A DNA stretch of 64,000 bases from an uncultured Acidaminococcus sp. (GTDB lineage: Bacteria; Bacillota; Negativicutes; Acidaminococcales; Acidaminococcaceae), in NCBI GenBank assembly GCA_900315205.1, contig OMYF01000007.1:1969-65968 (forward strand), read 5' to 3'. The notes under the pieces are model-generated. The model had not been told where the DNA came from and made no database searches. It saw nothing but the letters and a program-made list of their open reading frames with translations. The stretch's first letter is position 1, and every line of letters begins with the position of its first letter. Shown one piece after another: positions 9,339 to 19,346 of this stretch. Both the position numbers and the translations under genes were made by a program.

Positions 9339-9902
9339 ATGACAGTATACGCCATTGCCCGGTCCCAGGCCGGCACGACGACCTGGTCCGGCGGCACGAC
9401 CACGGAGTTCTATATCTTCCCAAGGGACGGTTCCTACAAAGACCGCCGTTTCGAGCTCCGTCTCAGCTCGGCGACCGTGGATCTGGACGCTTCTGATTTC
9501 ACGCTGCTCCCGGGATATGACCGCATCATCACGCCCCTTACGGGAGGCTTTACCCTGACCTATGCAGAAACGGGGGATTCCGTCACGCTGAAGCCGCTGG
9601 AATCCGCCTTTTTCGACGGTGCCTGGCATACCCATTCCCAGGGCCGGGCCGTCGATTTCAACCTGATCTACAAAAAAGGCCTGCGCGCCACGTACGAAGT
9701 CATCCATACTTCCACAGTGCCGCTCCCGGCTCCGCACCGGTTCCTCTACGTCCCGCCCGCGGACGCGGAGGATCTTGCGGGCAGCACGCTGGACGGCAGG
9801 CAGCTGGAACCGGATACGCTCTACGCGTCGGACAATCCCGGCGACCCCTTTGCGCTGGAACTCAAAAAAGAAGTTTCCCTCATCTATCTTACGGTGGACT
9901 GA
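9339..9902 (+). CDS. hutD: HutD-family protein
   Basis: 187 aa with TTTWSGGTTTEFYIFP and LLPGYDRIITPLTGG segments matching the W-x-GG-x-T-x-E and PG-x-DR pattern of HutD/Ves proteins. GTGAGGTG RBS upstream. Divergent from ftcD. Confidence 0.7.
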   Translation: MTVYAIARSQAGTTTWSGGTTTEFYIFPRDGSYKDRRFELRLSSATVDLDASDFTLLPGYDRIITPLTGGFTLTYAETGDSVTLKPLESAFFDGAWHTHSQGRAVDFNLIYKKGLRATYEVIHTSTVPLPAPHRFLYVPPADAEDLAGSTLDGRQLEPDTLYASDNPGDPFALELKKEVSLIYLTVD

Positions 9903-9921
9903 TCTTCCGCCGGCCATCCGG

Positions 9922-9958
9922 ACGGGACTTCCGCAGGAAGCGGGAGTCCCGTTTCTGT
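9922..9958 (+). terminator. terminator after hutD
   Basis: ACGGGACTTCCGC-agga-GCGGGAGTCCCGT stem with one bulge, followed by TTTCTGT. Confidence 0.65.
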
Positions 9959-10103
9959 ATGACCGGCTTTTTTTGACGTTTTTTCTGACATCCCGGCCCG
10001 GTCTCTGCCGGGCCCGGGGAATCCCCGCCCTGCCTTCCGGCCCTCCTTTCACTGCGCCTGGCACACCATTCGCTCCTTTCCCTCTTCCCTTCCAGTCATA
10101 ATA

Positions 10104-10112
10104 TGATATAAT
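10104..10112 (+). promoter_or_regulatory. extended -10 box TGATATAAT upstream of the 532-aa hypothetical gene
   Basis: TGnTATAAT at 10104-10112. No good -35 is present, which is acceptable for extended -10 promoters. It implies a ~125-nt leader containing a CCCGCCGG...CCGGCGGG stem. Confidence 0.45.
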
Positions 10113-10242
10113 CATGAGTACATTTTTTAAAAATGCTCCGGGGAAAACCCCAGCTTTGTCCGGCAGCCCGCCGCTGTGCAGGTTCCCGCCGGCACGGCTG
10201 CACGGATCCGGCGTTTTCCCGGCGGGAGCAGAAGGATCGCTT

Positions 10243-11841
10243 ATGGATACCAATGATACCAATGCACTGCCCTGGAAAAATGAACCGGGAATCTTAACCC
10301 TGATAAAAGAACATCTGGATCAGAACGGTTTCTTTGCACCCGAACAGATCCAGGACCGCGACCTGCTCGAAAGCTATCCCACTGTCTTCATCGATCCCGG
10401 TGCCGCAGATGTCTACCTGGCCGACGTGGAGATCCCGGGCCAGGAGGCGCTGGCAGCCCCGATCTGGAACTCGCTGCTGGCCTACGCCCGGGAGCCCGGC
10501 GCCGAAGCAGCCAAAAAGATCTACTATGGCCTTTCGACGACGCCTTTTGTGTTCTACTATGACACCATCACGGAACTGATGAGCCAGGCGCCGATCCCCG
10601 AACCGGTCTGGAAACTGTGCAACGACTGGCTGCATGAAGCCATCAATCCGGAACCGCTCAAGCTGGCCATCACCGTGGCGGGCCTGCATCTGCTGAACGA
10701 AAACAACCTGAATGCCGCCCACGGGCTGAAAAGTGATCTCATGCTCATGGCCCGCTGCGAGGAATTCACGAACTATGTCATCTATGCGCTCGAGCTCGGC
10801 CATATGCTGGAGGAAAGCGATCTCTGGGAGATCATCAACCACACCAACCGCTGGGGCCGGGTCTGTGCCATGGAAATGTACAATTTCGTCACGCCGGCAG
10901 AAAAACACTGGCTCCTGCTGAACGGCTGGGATCTCAACATCGACTATCCCGCCATCTCGCTGCTGATCATAAAGGAAAGCGATATGATGGACCTGCTGGA
11001 CCGCTCTTCCATGTCCGGCGAGGAATTCTCCGCCGTCATGCATACGGTCGTCGATTATATCGACTTCCTGCTGAACTTCGAGCCGCCCTCGAAGCGGGCC
11101 TCGGAGGAACTGCCCGTGATCCAGCTGTACCGGCTCCTGCAGAAATGCCTGTACCATGCCAGAGAGCATCACAAGTCCCTGGAGGATGCGGCAGCTCTGA
11201 TGAATCTGTCGCGGGAACTGGAAAGCATGGTGGACCAGGGCAACTGGGATCAGCTCAGCATGAATCAGTGCCATACGCTGCTGAGCGATATCGAGTCCTT
11301 CGTCTATGAGACTCCCTGGAAGGAAAAGCTGCCCAAAATGCTCCTCAACGAGGACGGTTCCACGAACCTCCTGGCCGTACAGATGGCCTATGCCATGGAC
11401 ATCCCGATCCATACCAGGCTGTGGAACCTGCTCAAGAGCGATCCCCGGCGCACGGAACTGTATCCTTTCCTGCTTTCGACAAAGAACAGGCGGGCCTTTG
11501 AACGGGTCCTGGCGTTTGCGGACGAGCATACGGACGGATATCTTGTGGATGAACACACCATCACCCCCCTCCTCGTCGCCCTCACGCAGCATCCCGGGGC
11601 GGGAGGACACATCCTCGCCAAAGCCCTGACAAGCCTCTATGACAGCTGCCGCGCCAATGCCATCACGGCACTGGAAGCCTGGCCGGACAAAAAATGGCCG
11701 CCGGACCTGCAGGTCGCCCTCCTGAAGGCAAAAGAAATGACGGCACAGCCGTTTTTGACGCTGCGCCTGGACGAACTGATCCAGCACCGCACGCTGCATC
11801 TGGAAGACCTCGAAAGTTCACTCCTGCCCGAGCTTTCCTGA
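10243..11841 (+). CDS. hypothetical protein, 532 aa, predicted all-alpha and cytoplasmic
   Basis: I trimmed track ORF 10114..11841 to the ATG at 10243 (MDTNDTNALPWKNEPG...), which has a GAAGGA RBS. The 10114 start sits 1 nt after a TGATATAAT extended -10 box, so it would not be transcribed. Codon usage downstream of 10243 is gene-like. I recognise no family. Confidence 0.6.
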   Translation: MDTNDTNALPWKNEPGILTLIKEHLDQNGFFAPEQIQDRDLLESYPTVFIDPGAADVYLADVEIPGQEALAAPIWNSLLAYAREPGAEAAKKIYYGLSTTPFVFYYDTITELMSQAPIPEPVWKLCNDWLHEAINPEPLKLAITVAGLHLLNENNLNAAHGLKSDLMLMARCEEFTNYVIYALELGHMLEESDLWEIINHTNRWGRVCAMEMYNFVTPAEKHWLLLNGWDLNIDYPAISLLIIKESDMMDLLDRSSMSGEEFSAVMHTVVDYIDFLLNFEPPSKRASEELPVIQLYRLLQKCLYHAREHHKSLEDAAALMNLSRELESMVDQGNWDQLSMNQCHTLLSDIESFVYETPWKEKLPKMLLNEDGSTNLLAVQMAYAMDIPIHTRLWNLLKSDPRRTELYPFLLSTKNRRAFERVLAFADEHTDGYLVDEHTITPLLVALTQHPGAGGHILAKALTSLYDSCRANAITALEAWPDKKWPPDLQVALLKAKEMTAQPFLTLRLDELIQHRTLHLEDLESSLLPELS

Positions 11842-11983
11842 CGGCAGGAAGCGGCCGGGACCGCTCCTGAGAGCGTAGCCCGGCTGGGCTGAAAAAAGGC
11901 AGTGGGACTGTGCGGAACTCTTTCCATTGCCGCGGAAATCCATCCTTTCAGTCATCTGCCGCAGCCCTGGCCCGCAAGCATAT

Positions 11984-12019
11984 AAAAAGACACCGTCCCC
12001 ATAAGGCGGTGTCTTTTTT
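11984..12019. terminator. bidirectional terminator between the 532-aa hypothetical gene and ftsH
   Basis: AAAAAGACACCG-tccccataag-CGGTGTCTTTTT, with U-runs available in both directions between convergent genes. Confidence 0.85.
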
Positions 12020-12053
12020 ATATGCTGTTTCCCTGCCTTCCGGCAGTCCCGGG

Positions 12054-13955
12054 TCAGCCAGCCTGCGGCGCAGACTGACCGGCGTCCTCACTGGCGACGA
12101 CTTCCGCATCCACAGTCACGGGTCCTTCCGGATCCCTGCCGTTCAGGATGGCCATGAATTCATCACCGGTGATCGTTTCTTTCTTCAGCAGATAGGCTGC
12201 CAGTTCATCCAGCTTCTCCCTGTTGCTCATCAGGATCCGGCGGGCTTCCTCATGGGCCTCCTTGACGACTTCGAACACGGCACTGTCGATGCGTGCTGCC
12301 GTCTCAGGTGCACAGGCCAGGGACGTGTCGCCCGACAGGTACGCATTGTTCACGGTTTCCAGCGCCACCATGTCGAATTCGTCGGTCATGCCGAAGCGGG
12401 TGATCATGGCCCGGGCCAGTTTGGTCGCCTGCTCGATATCATTGGACGCGCCGCTCGTGACCTTGGAGAAGACGACTTCCTCCGCGGACCGGCCGCCCGT
12501 CAGTGTGACGATCTTATTGAAGAGTTCTTCTTTCGTCATCAGGACTTTTTCCTGCGTATCGACCTGCATGGTATAGCCCAGCGCACCGGATGTCCTCGGG
12601 ATGATCGTGATCTTATGGACCGGCGCCGATTCGGTCTGTCTGGCAGCCACCAGGGCATGGCCGATTTCGTGATAGGCAATGATCTTCTTTTCTTCCGGAG
12701 AGATCACGGCGCCCTTGCGCTGCGCCCCGGCGATGACGACTTCCACCGATTCCTCCAGATCCTCCTGGATGACTTCCCGGCGGCCCATCCGGACAGCCCT
12801 CAGGGCTGCCTCATTCACGATATTGGCAAGTTCCGCGCCGGAGGCGCCGCTCGTTGCCAGAGCGATGGTATGGAAATCCACATTCGGGGACATCCGGACA
12901 TCGTGGGAATGCACCTTCAGGATGGCCTCGCGGCCCTGGAGATCCGGCAGTTCCACCGGCACCCGGCGGTCGAAACGGCCCGGACGGAGAAGTGCCTTGT
13001 CGAGCACTTCCGGACGGTTCGTGGCTGCCAGGATGATGACGCCCTTGCTGCCGTCGAAGCCGTCCATTTCGGACAGGAGCTGGTTCAGGGTCTGCTCCCG
13101 CTCATCATTGCTGCCAAAGGAGCCATTGTCCCGCTTCTTGCCGATGGCATCGATTTCGTCGATAAAGACGATGCACGGTGCCTTTTCCTGGGCCTGCTTA
13201 AACAGATCCCGCACACGGGCAGCGCCCATGCCCACGAACATTTCGATGAATTCGGAACCGGAAATGGAGAAGAACGGCACCTTGGCCTCGCCGGCGACAG
13301 CCTTGGCCAGCAACGTCTTGCCCGTGCCCGGAGGGCCTACGAGGAGCACGCCCTTCGGCATGGTCGCACCGATATCATTATACTTGGCCGGATTGTGCAG
13401 GAACGAAACGATTTCCTGCAGGGCCTCCTTGGCCTCATCCTGGCCGGCGACATCCTTGAAGGTCTTGCCGGTCTGGGCTTCGATGTACACCTTGGCATTG
13501 CTCTTGCCAAAGCTCATCATGTTGCCCCCGCCTCCGAGCTTGGGCCCGAGGAAGCGCATGATCAGCTGGCCGATGACGATGAAGAGCAGGAACGGGAAGA
13601 TCCAGTTGTTGAAGAACTTCGCGATGGGCGATTCTTCCCGCGGCACGACCTGGGAAAACTCGACATTGGCCTTGACCAGGCGGTTGACCAGTTCAGGATC
13701 ATCCACGCGGCCCGTCACGTAGATGTTTTCCTTGCCGTCACTGTCCTTGCAGAGCAGGGCGATCCGGTTCTGGTTGATTTCGACCTTGGATGCCTTGCCT
13801 TCGTCCACCATTTTCAGGAAATTCGTGTATGTCACTTCCTGGACATGGGGTTTGAAGAACATCGGTGTGATGATCGTATTGATGATCAAAATGATGATGA
13901 TGCCTGCCACATAGTAGTACAGCGCATTTTTGGAAGGTCGATTGGAATCTTTCAA
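12054..13955 (-). CDS. ftsH: ATP-dependent zinc metalloprotease FtsH
   Basis: 633 aa with an N-terminal TM pair, Walker A GPPGTGKT, the AAA second region of homology, and the zinc motif HEIGHALV. It uses a TTG start at 13955 preceded by an AGGTGA RBS. Confidence 0.95.
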   Translation of the reverse strand: MKDSNRPSKNALYYYVAGIIIILIINTIITPMFFKPHVQEVTYTNFLKMVDEGKASKVEINQNRIALLCKDSDGKENIYVTGRVDDPELVNRLVKANVEFSQVVPREESPIAKFFNNWIFPFLLFIVIGQLIMRFLGPKLGGGGNMMSFGKSNAKVYIEAQTGKTFKDVAGQDEAKEALQEIVSFLHNPAKYNDIGATMPKGVLLVGPPGTGKTLLAKAVAGEAKVPFFSISGSEFIEMFVGMGAARVRDLFKQAQEKAPCIVFIDEIDAIGKKRDNGSFGSNDEREQTLNQLLSEMDGFDGSKGVIILAATNRPEVLDKALLRPGRFDRRVPVELPDLQGREAILKVHSHDVRMSPNVDFHTIALATSGASGAELANIVNEAALRAVRMGRREVIQEDLEESVEVVIAGAQRKGAVISPEEKKIIAYHEIGHALVAARQTESAPVHKITIIPRTSGALGYTMQVDTQEKVLMTKEELFNKIVTLTGGRSAEEVVFSKVTSGASNDIEQATKLARAMITRFGMTDEFDMVALETVNNAYLSGDTSLACAPETAARIDSAVFEVVKEAHEEARRILMSNREKLDELAAYLLKKETITGDEFMAILNGRDPEGPVTVDAEVVASEDAGQSAPQAG

Positions 13956-14055
13956 TGAAAATCACCTTTCCTTCTGACTCAGCGGTCTGTTAAAACGTAT
14001 CTTATTATAACACAGCCCCATGGGAGGTACAATATTCCGGAAAACCCGTCCGCCG

Positions 14056-15108
14056 TCAGAAGAGAGCGGTCCCCTCCTCCGCAAAGAAACGGCTGCAGGG
14101 TCCGCAGAGGGGCAGACGCTCCCGCTCGTCCGGGCCGGCCCAGGTATACTCCCCGGCAGGTCCGGGCAGCTCTTCCAGCCGGACCGGATAGGCCTTCATG
14201 TACCAGATCTGATGGGTAAAGACGTGGCGGTGCGTCCAGACAGGGCTGCCCAGCACGCCGCGGGCGGCTTCCCGGGCGAGACGGCAGCTTGCCTCTTCGC
14301 TGCCGGCCAGATATGTCGGCAGTTCCCAGAGCGATGCCAGCATCCCCCTGGCGGGCCGGTGATGGAGCAGGACCTGGTCACCGCGCCGTGCCACGAGGCA
14401 GGCCGCATAGAACACCTCCTGCGCCCGGCGCGGCTTCCTCACAGGAAGCACCGTCTCGAGGCCCCGCCGCCGCGCCTCACAGCTGTGCTGCAGCGGGCAT
14501 GCCGTGCAGCGCGGCGCTTTGGGGATACAGATCTCCGCACCGAGATCCATCAGTGCCTCATTGAAATCGCCCGGCCTGTCCGGAGGGATCACCCGCTCCG
14601 CCAGCCCGGTGATCCGTTTCTTCCCTTCCGGGGAAAGGATATCCGCCTCCACCGCATAGAGCCTCGCCAGCACCCGGAGCAAATTGCCGTCCACGGCCGG
14701 GACGGGCCTGCCGTAAGCGAGCGACGCGATCGCCCCCGCCGTATACTCCCCGATGCCGGGCAGTGACTTCAGCGTCTTTATATCGGACGGGATGCGGCCA
14801 CCGCAGCGCACCGCGATTTCCCGCGCCGCCCTGAGGAGATTCCGGGCACGGCTGTAGTAGCCGAGGCCCTGCCAGGCCCGGAGCACGTTTTCTTCTTCGG
14901 CCCGGGCAAGATCTGCCACGGTCGGGAAGAGAGCCATCCAGCGGGTGAAATACGCTTTTACCGTCTCGGTCCGGGTCTGCTGCAGCATGATTTCCGAAAC
15001 CCAGACATGGTAAGGATCCCTCGGCTTTGCACCTCGCCAGGGAAGCTTCCTGCCGCAGCGGCCGAACCACGCAAGGAGGGGCTCCACCCATTCATTTGGT
15101 ACGGTCAA
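14056..15108 (-). CDS. mutY: A/G-specific adenine DNA glycosylase
   Basis: Track ORF 14056..15594 is an in-frame read-through across the upstream gene. The real start is most likely the TTG at 15108 (MTVPNEWVEPLLAWF...), 4 nt after GGGAGGTG. 350 aa. Contains the HhH-GPD region LPGIGEYTAGAIASLAY, the 4Fe-4S Cys cluster C-x6-C-x2-C-x5-C (ICIPKAPRCTACPLQHSC) and a C-terminal NUDIX-like domain. Confidence 0.85.
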   Translation of the reverse strand: MTVPNEWVEPLLAWFGRCGRKLPWRGAKPRDPYHVWVSEIMLQQTRTETVKAYFTRWMALFPTVADLARAEEENVLRAWQGLGYYSRARNLLRAAREIAVRCGGRIPSDIKTLKSLPGIGEYTAGAIASLAYGRPVPAVDGNLLRVLARLYAVEADILSPEGKKRITGLAERVIPPDRPGDFNEALMDLGAEICIPKAPRCTACPLQHSCEARRRGLETVLPVRKPRRAQEVFYAACLVARRGDQVLLHHRPARGMLASLWELPTYLAGSEEASCRLAREAARGVLGSPVWTHRHVFTHQIWYMKAYPVRLEELPGPAGEYTWAGPDERERLPLCGPCSRFFAEEGTALF

Positions 15109-15577
15109 GATGCACCTCCCGGAAGACGGAAGCGATGACGGAATCCCCATCCTCAGCAAAGGCAACCGTCCCGCGCAGCTGTTTGCCCGCAAGGAGCAGC
15201 GGCAGCCAGATCCGGTCAGCCTGCCACATGGTCCCATAAGGGAGTTCGGCCAGGGAGAACCAGCGCGGCTCCATTTCATCGGAACGGGCCGGCTCGCCCT
15301 GCCACTGCCGCACAAAATAGACCATCCCGCCATGGGACCAGGCGGCATCGGAAGGCTGGTCGAAGTACAGGTCCGCCACCAGTTCCAGGGCTTCCGGTGC
15401 TGCTGTAAGGCCGCACTCTTCCTGCAGTTCCCGGACCGCGCACTGCCGCATGGTCTCGCCCGGTTCAAGCTTGCCGCCGAACCCGTTCCATTTGCCAAAG
15501 CCCATGCCCCGTCTCTTGCGGCCCAGCAGGATCCGGCCCTGCCCATCCAGCGGATAAACGAGGGATGTATCACGCAT
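15092..15577 (-). CDS. NUDIX hydrolase, MutT-like (8-oxo-dGTP diphosphatase candidate)
   Basis: I trimmed the track ORF to the ATG at 15577 (MRDTSLVYPLDG...), which follows a GAGGAG RBS. 161 aa. NUDIX box GGKLEPGETMRQCAVRELQEECGL. The 3' end overlaps the mutY start by 17 nt. Confidence 0.85.
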   Translation of the reverse strand: MRDTSLVYPLDGQGRILLGRKRRGMGFGKWNGFGGKLEPGETMRQCAVRELQEECGLTAAPEALELVADLYFDQPSDAAWSHGGMVYFVRQWQGEPARSDEMEPRWFSLAELPYGTMWQADRIWLPLLLAGKQLRGTVAFAEDGDSVIASVFREVHLDRTK

Positions 15578-15974
15578 ATGCCTGCTCCTCTCAAAAAATC
15601 TGGATTTCCTCATAAGGGATACGGATCCGTCCCGTGTTCCTTAACCTTTTTATTTTATCACATCCGCTTTCCCGGCCCAAGAAAATGGCTGCTGCAAAAA
15701 TGGACTGAACGAAATTGTTCTGTTTTTTATATTTCATACTATTCACATCATTCAATTTTTGGTAAAATAATATCACATCGATAGATTTTTTATCCAGACG
15801 AAAGGAGGTCCTGTCCCAGGCAGGGGACCTGTCCACCCTGCACAGCCCATCCACACAACCATCCGCAACCTCATATCCATCCCATCCACACCCGGGGAAG
15901 GCCGGCCCGCCCGTGCTTCCCCGGAACGGTCCGCGCCGCAGAGCGCTCCGTTCCAACTGAATCCAAGGAGAAAA

Positions 15975-17543
15975 ATGATGACTTGCACAGACAAAAAAAT
16001 GCAATCCGGACGCAGTCCAAAAAAGAATCGTGAAATGAATGGTTTCCTGAAAGGCGTGGAAAGCATCGGCAACAGGCTGCCCCATCCTGCCATGCTGTTC
16101 CTGCTGCTGGCCGTCATTGTCGTGATCGTATCCCACTTCGTCGCTTCCCAGGGAGTTTCCGTAACCTACTTCGACGCCCGGGCCAAAGCGGAAGTGACCA
16201 AAAAGGCGGTCTCCCTCCTCACGCCGGAAGGCCTGCGCTACATGTTCAACTCTGCCACCAAAAACTTCACCGGCTTCGCCCCGCTGGGCACGGTACTGGT
16301 CGCCATGCTCGGCGTCGGAGTCGCCGAGTGGACAGGCTTGTTCAACACGTCCCTGAAAAAGCTCCTGATGAATGCCAACAGCAGATATCTGACCCCCATC
16401 GTCCTCTTTGCCGGGATCATGTCCAACATCGCCTCTGACGCGGGATATGTCATCGTCATCCCCATCGGGGCCCTGCTTTTCTGCATGGCCGGACGCCATC
16501 CCCTGGCAGGCATGGCAGCAGCCTTTGCCGGGGTGTCCGGCGGCTTTTCGGCAAACCTGCTCATCGGGACCACGGATCCGCTGCTGACGGGCATCACCAA
16601 CCAGGCCCTGAAGGCTGCCGGCATCGACATGACGCTGGCACCGACCTGCAACTGGTATTTCCTTGCGGCTTCCACATTCCTGCTGACGGTCATCGGCACG
16701 ATCGTCACGGATAAGATCGTGGAACCGAACCTCGGCACCTATGAGGGCCGCTACAAACCGGACGACACGCCGGTCACGGCGCTTGAGACAAAAGCGCTGA
16801 AAAACGCCCTCATCGCTCTTCTCGTCTACGTCTGCATCATGGCCTTCCTGATGTTTCCGCAGAATGCTCTGTTCCGTTCGGCTGAGCCCGGCGGAGCCAT
16901 GACGCTGAAGGCGTTCCTCCACGACGGCCTGATTCCCGCCATCCTGCTCCTCTTCCTGATCCCGGGCGTCGCTTACGGCCGGACGACGGGCAAGCTCCGC
17001 ACCTCCCACGATCTTGTCGCCGCCATGACGGAGGCCATGAAATCCATGGGCGGCTACATGGTCCTGGCCTTCTTCGCCTCTCAGTTCATCGCCTATTTCG
17101 GCAAAACCAACCTGGGGCTCATCGTCTCCTTCAAGGGGGCGGACGCACTCGAGGCAGCCGGACTGACCGGACTTCCCCTGATCCTCCTGTTCATCCTGCT
17201 GTCGGCATTCCTGAACCTCTTCATGGGGTCCGCTTCTGCCAAATGGGCCATCATGGCTCCGATCTTCGTTCCCATGATGTACCGTCTCGGCCTGTCGCCG
17301 GCCCTGACCCAGGTGGCTTACCGGATCGGCGACTCCTCGACCAACATCATCACCCCGCTCATGTCCTATTTTGCCATGATCGTGGTCTTCATGAACAAAT
17401 ATGAAGAAGATGCCGGTCTGGGTACCCTGACCTCCATGATGCTCCCGTACTCCATAGCCTTCCTGATCTTCTGGAGCATCATGATGGCCCTGTGGATACT
17501 GGCCGGGTTCCCCGTCGGACCGGACGCCGGCCTGTTCATCTGA
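15975..17543 (+). CDS. AbgT-family (p-aminobenzoyl-glutamate type) transporter
   Basis: 522-aa polytopic membrane protein. The N-terminal FLKGVESIGNRLPHPAMLFLLL and later GIMSNIASDAGYVIVIPIGALLF match my memory of AbgT/MtrF family proteins. AAGGAG RBS before the ATG at 15975. Confidence 0.85.
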   Translation: MMTCTDKKMQSGRSPKKNREMNGFLKGVESIGNRLPHPAMLFLLLAVIVVIVSHFVASQGVSVTYFDARAKAEVTKKAVSLLTPEGLRYMFNSATKNFTGFAPLGTVLVAMLGVGVAEWTGLFNTSLKKLLMNANSRYLTPIVLFAGIMSNIASDAGYVIVIPIGALLFCMAGRHPLAGMAAAFAGVSGGFSANLLIGTTDPLLTGITNQALKAAGIDMTLAPTCNWYFLAASTFLLTVIGTIVTDKIVEPNLGTYEGRYKPDDTPVTALETKALKNALIALLVYVCIMAFLMFPQNALFRSAEPGGAMTLKAFLHDGLIPAILLLFLIPGVAYGRTTGKLRTSHDLVAAMTEAMKSMGGYMVLAFFASQFIAYFGKTNLGLIVSFKGADALEAAGLTGLPLILLFILLSAFLNLFMGSASAKWAIMAPIFVPMMYRLGLSPALTQVAYRIGDSSTNIITPLMSYFAMIVVFMNKYEEDAGLGTLTSMMLPYSIAFLIFWSIMMALWILAGFPVGPDAGLFI

Positions 17544-17656
17544 CGGACCTTCGGAAAAAGTGCCCTCCGCTGCCGGGCCGGAAACCGGTCAGCAGGCAAA
17601 CGCAGGGCGCCGCAGGTCCGGGACGGGGACAGACCCCGGACCTGACGGCGCTGTTG

Positions 17657-17728
17657 CTTTGATGCTGTGGCGCAGTGATGCTGTGATGCTGTGGGGCGCG
17701 TGGCGCTCTTTCCATTACCGCAGGATCC
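17657..17728. repeat. repeat-family copy A: degenerate 8-bp periodic tract (CTKTGRTG)n plus conserved tail ...CTCTTTCCATTACCGCAGGATCC
   Basis: The 8-mers are ctttgatg ctgtggcg cagtgatg ctgtgatg ctgtgggg cgcgtggc, followed by gctctttccattaccgcaggatcc. Confidence 0.8.
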
Positions 17729-17783
17729 TGTCTTCCGGCCGGACAGCCACAGTGGCCCTGGGCCGTATGCATCAGGAAGAATG

Positions 17784-17871
17784 CTGTGAGGCTGTGAGGC
17801 TTTGATGCTGTGGTGCTTTGATGCCGTGGCGCTGTGATGCCGCGTGCGCTCCTTTCTTTACCGCAGGATCC
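17784..17871. repeat. repeat-family copy B: (CTKTGRTG)n tract plus tail ...CTCCTTTCTTTACCGCAGGATCC
   Basis: The 8-mers are ctgtgagg ctgtgagg ctttgatg ctgtggtg ctttgatg ccgtggcg ctgtgatg ccgcgtgc, followed by gctcctttctttaccgcaggatcc. It is a direct repeat of copy A, about 140 nt downstream. Confidence 0.8.
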
Positions 17872-17920
17872 AGCCTTTCAGGCCCTGACCCGGAAGCATC
17901 AACAAAAAGACCTGAAAAAA

Positions 17921-17961
17921 CGGGGGCGGCCCCTGGAACAGATGTTCCAGGGGCCGCCCCC
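17921..17961. terminator. strong bidirectional terminator between abgT-family gene and the efflux operon
   Basis: 18-bp perfect stem CGGGGGCGGCCCCTGGAAC / GTTCCAGGGGCCGCCCCCG, flanked by AAAAAA upstream and TTT downstream. Confidence 0.85.
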
Positions 17962-17970
17962 GTTTCTGCG

Positions 17971-18127
17971 TCACCAGCCCAGCCGGCGCAGGATCTTACA
18001 GAGCACGGCCGTCAGGATAAGGAGCAGAGCCAGCGCCCGCAGGCGGTCCTTCAGATCGAACTTCGTCTTGGGCCGCTGCAGCCACTCTCTGAGGCCGTTC
18101 CATTTTTCTTTCAGGGTCGGCTTCCCG

Positions 18128-18135
<8 letters not shown>
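17971..18135 (-). CDS. small membrane protein (54 aa), candidate last gene of the efflux operon
   Basis: MNDGKPTLKEKWNGLREWLQRPKTKFDLKDRLRALALLLILTAVLCKILRRLGW. Its ATG overlaps the permease stop (ATGAATGA). Third-position GC is gene-like and there is one TM helix. The strong terminator 17921-17961 follows this ORF by 10 nt rather than following the permease. No homology is known to me. Confidence 0.4.
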
Positions 18136-19342
<1,207 letters not shown>

Positions 19343-19346
19343 GTCC

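Noticed and set aside
11910-13958. 682-aa plus-strand ORF. Analogous long ORFs occur at 18..19 kb (17834..19369), 19050..21041, 29887..32061, 36495..38837, 41995..43626, 47015..49225, 51936..53471, 55823..57376 and 58010..59719
   Set aside because: All lie antisense to, or out of frame with, confidently identified minus-strand genes (ftsH, macB-like genes, gltS/serC, the autotransporter, the ABC permease, dpaL/M20D, serS, cstA and the 450-aa gene). Long open antisense frames are expected in GC3-rich coding DNA. Only the last 96 codons of 58010..59719 are real (the LysM gene).
14056-15594. 512-aa ORF suggesting a NUDIX-MutY fusion protein
   Set aside because: The N-terminal 162 codons are the mutY frame read through the separately framed NUDIX gene. 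That stretch is Arg/Trp/Cys/Gly-rich nonsense. A TTG with a strong RBS at 15108 gives a normal 350-aa MutY.
15785-15960. His-rich leader peptide (..AHPHNHPQPHIHPIHT..) upstream of the AbgT-family gene
   Set aside because: The frame opens after a TAG at 15782 and contains no ATG, GTG or TTG before the His-rich stretch. The upstream AAAGGAGG has no start codon within reach.
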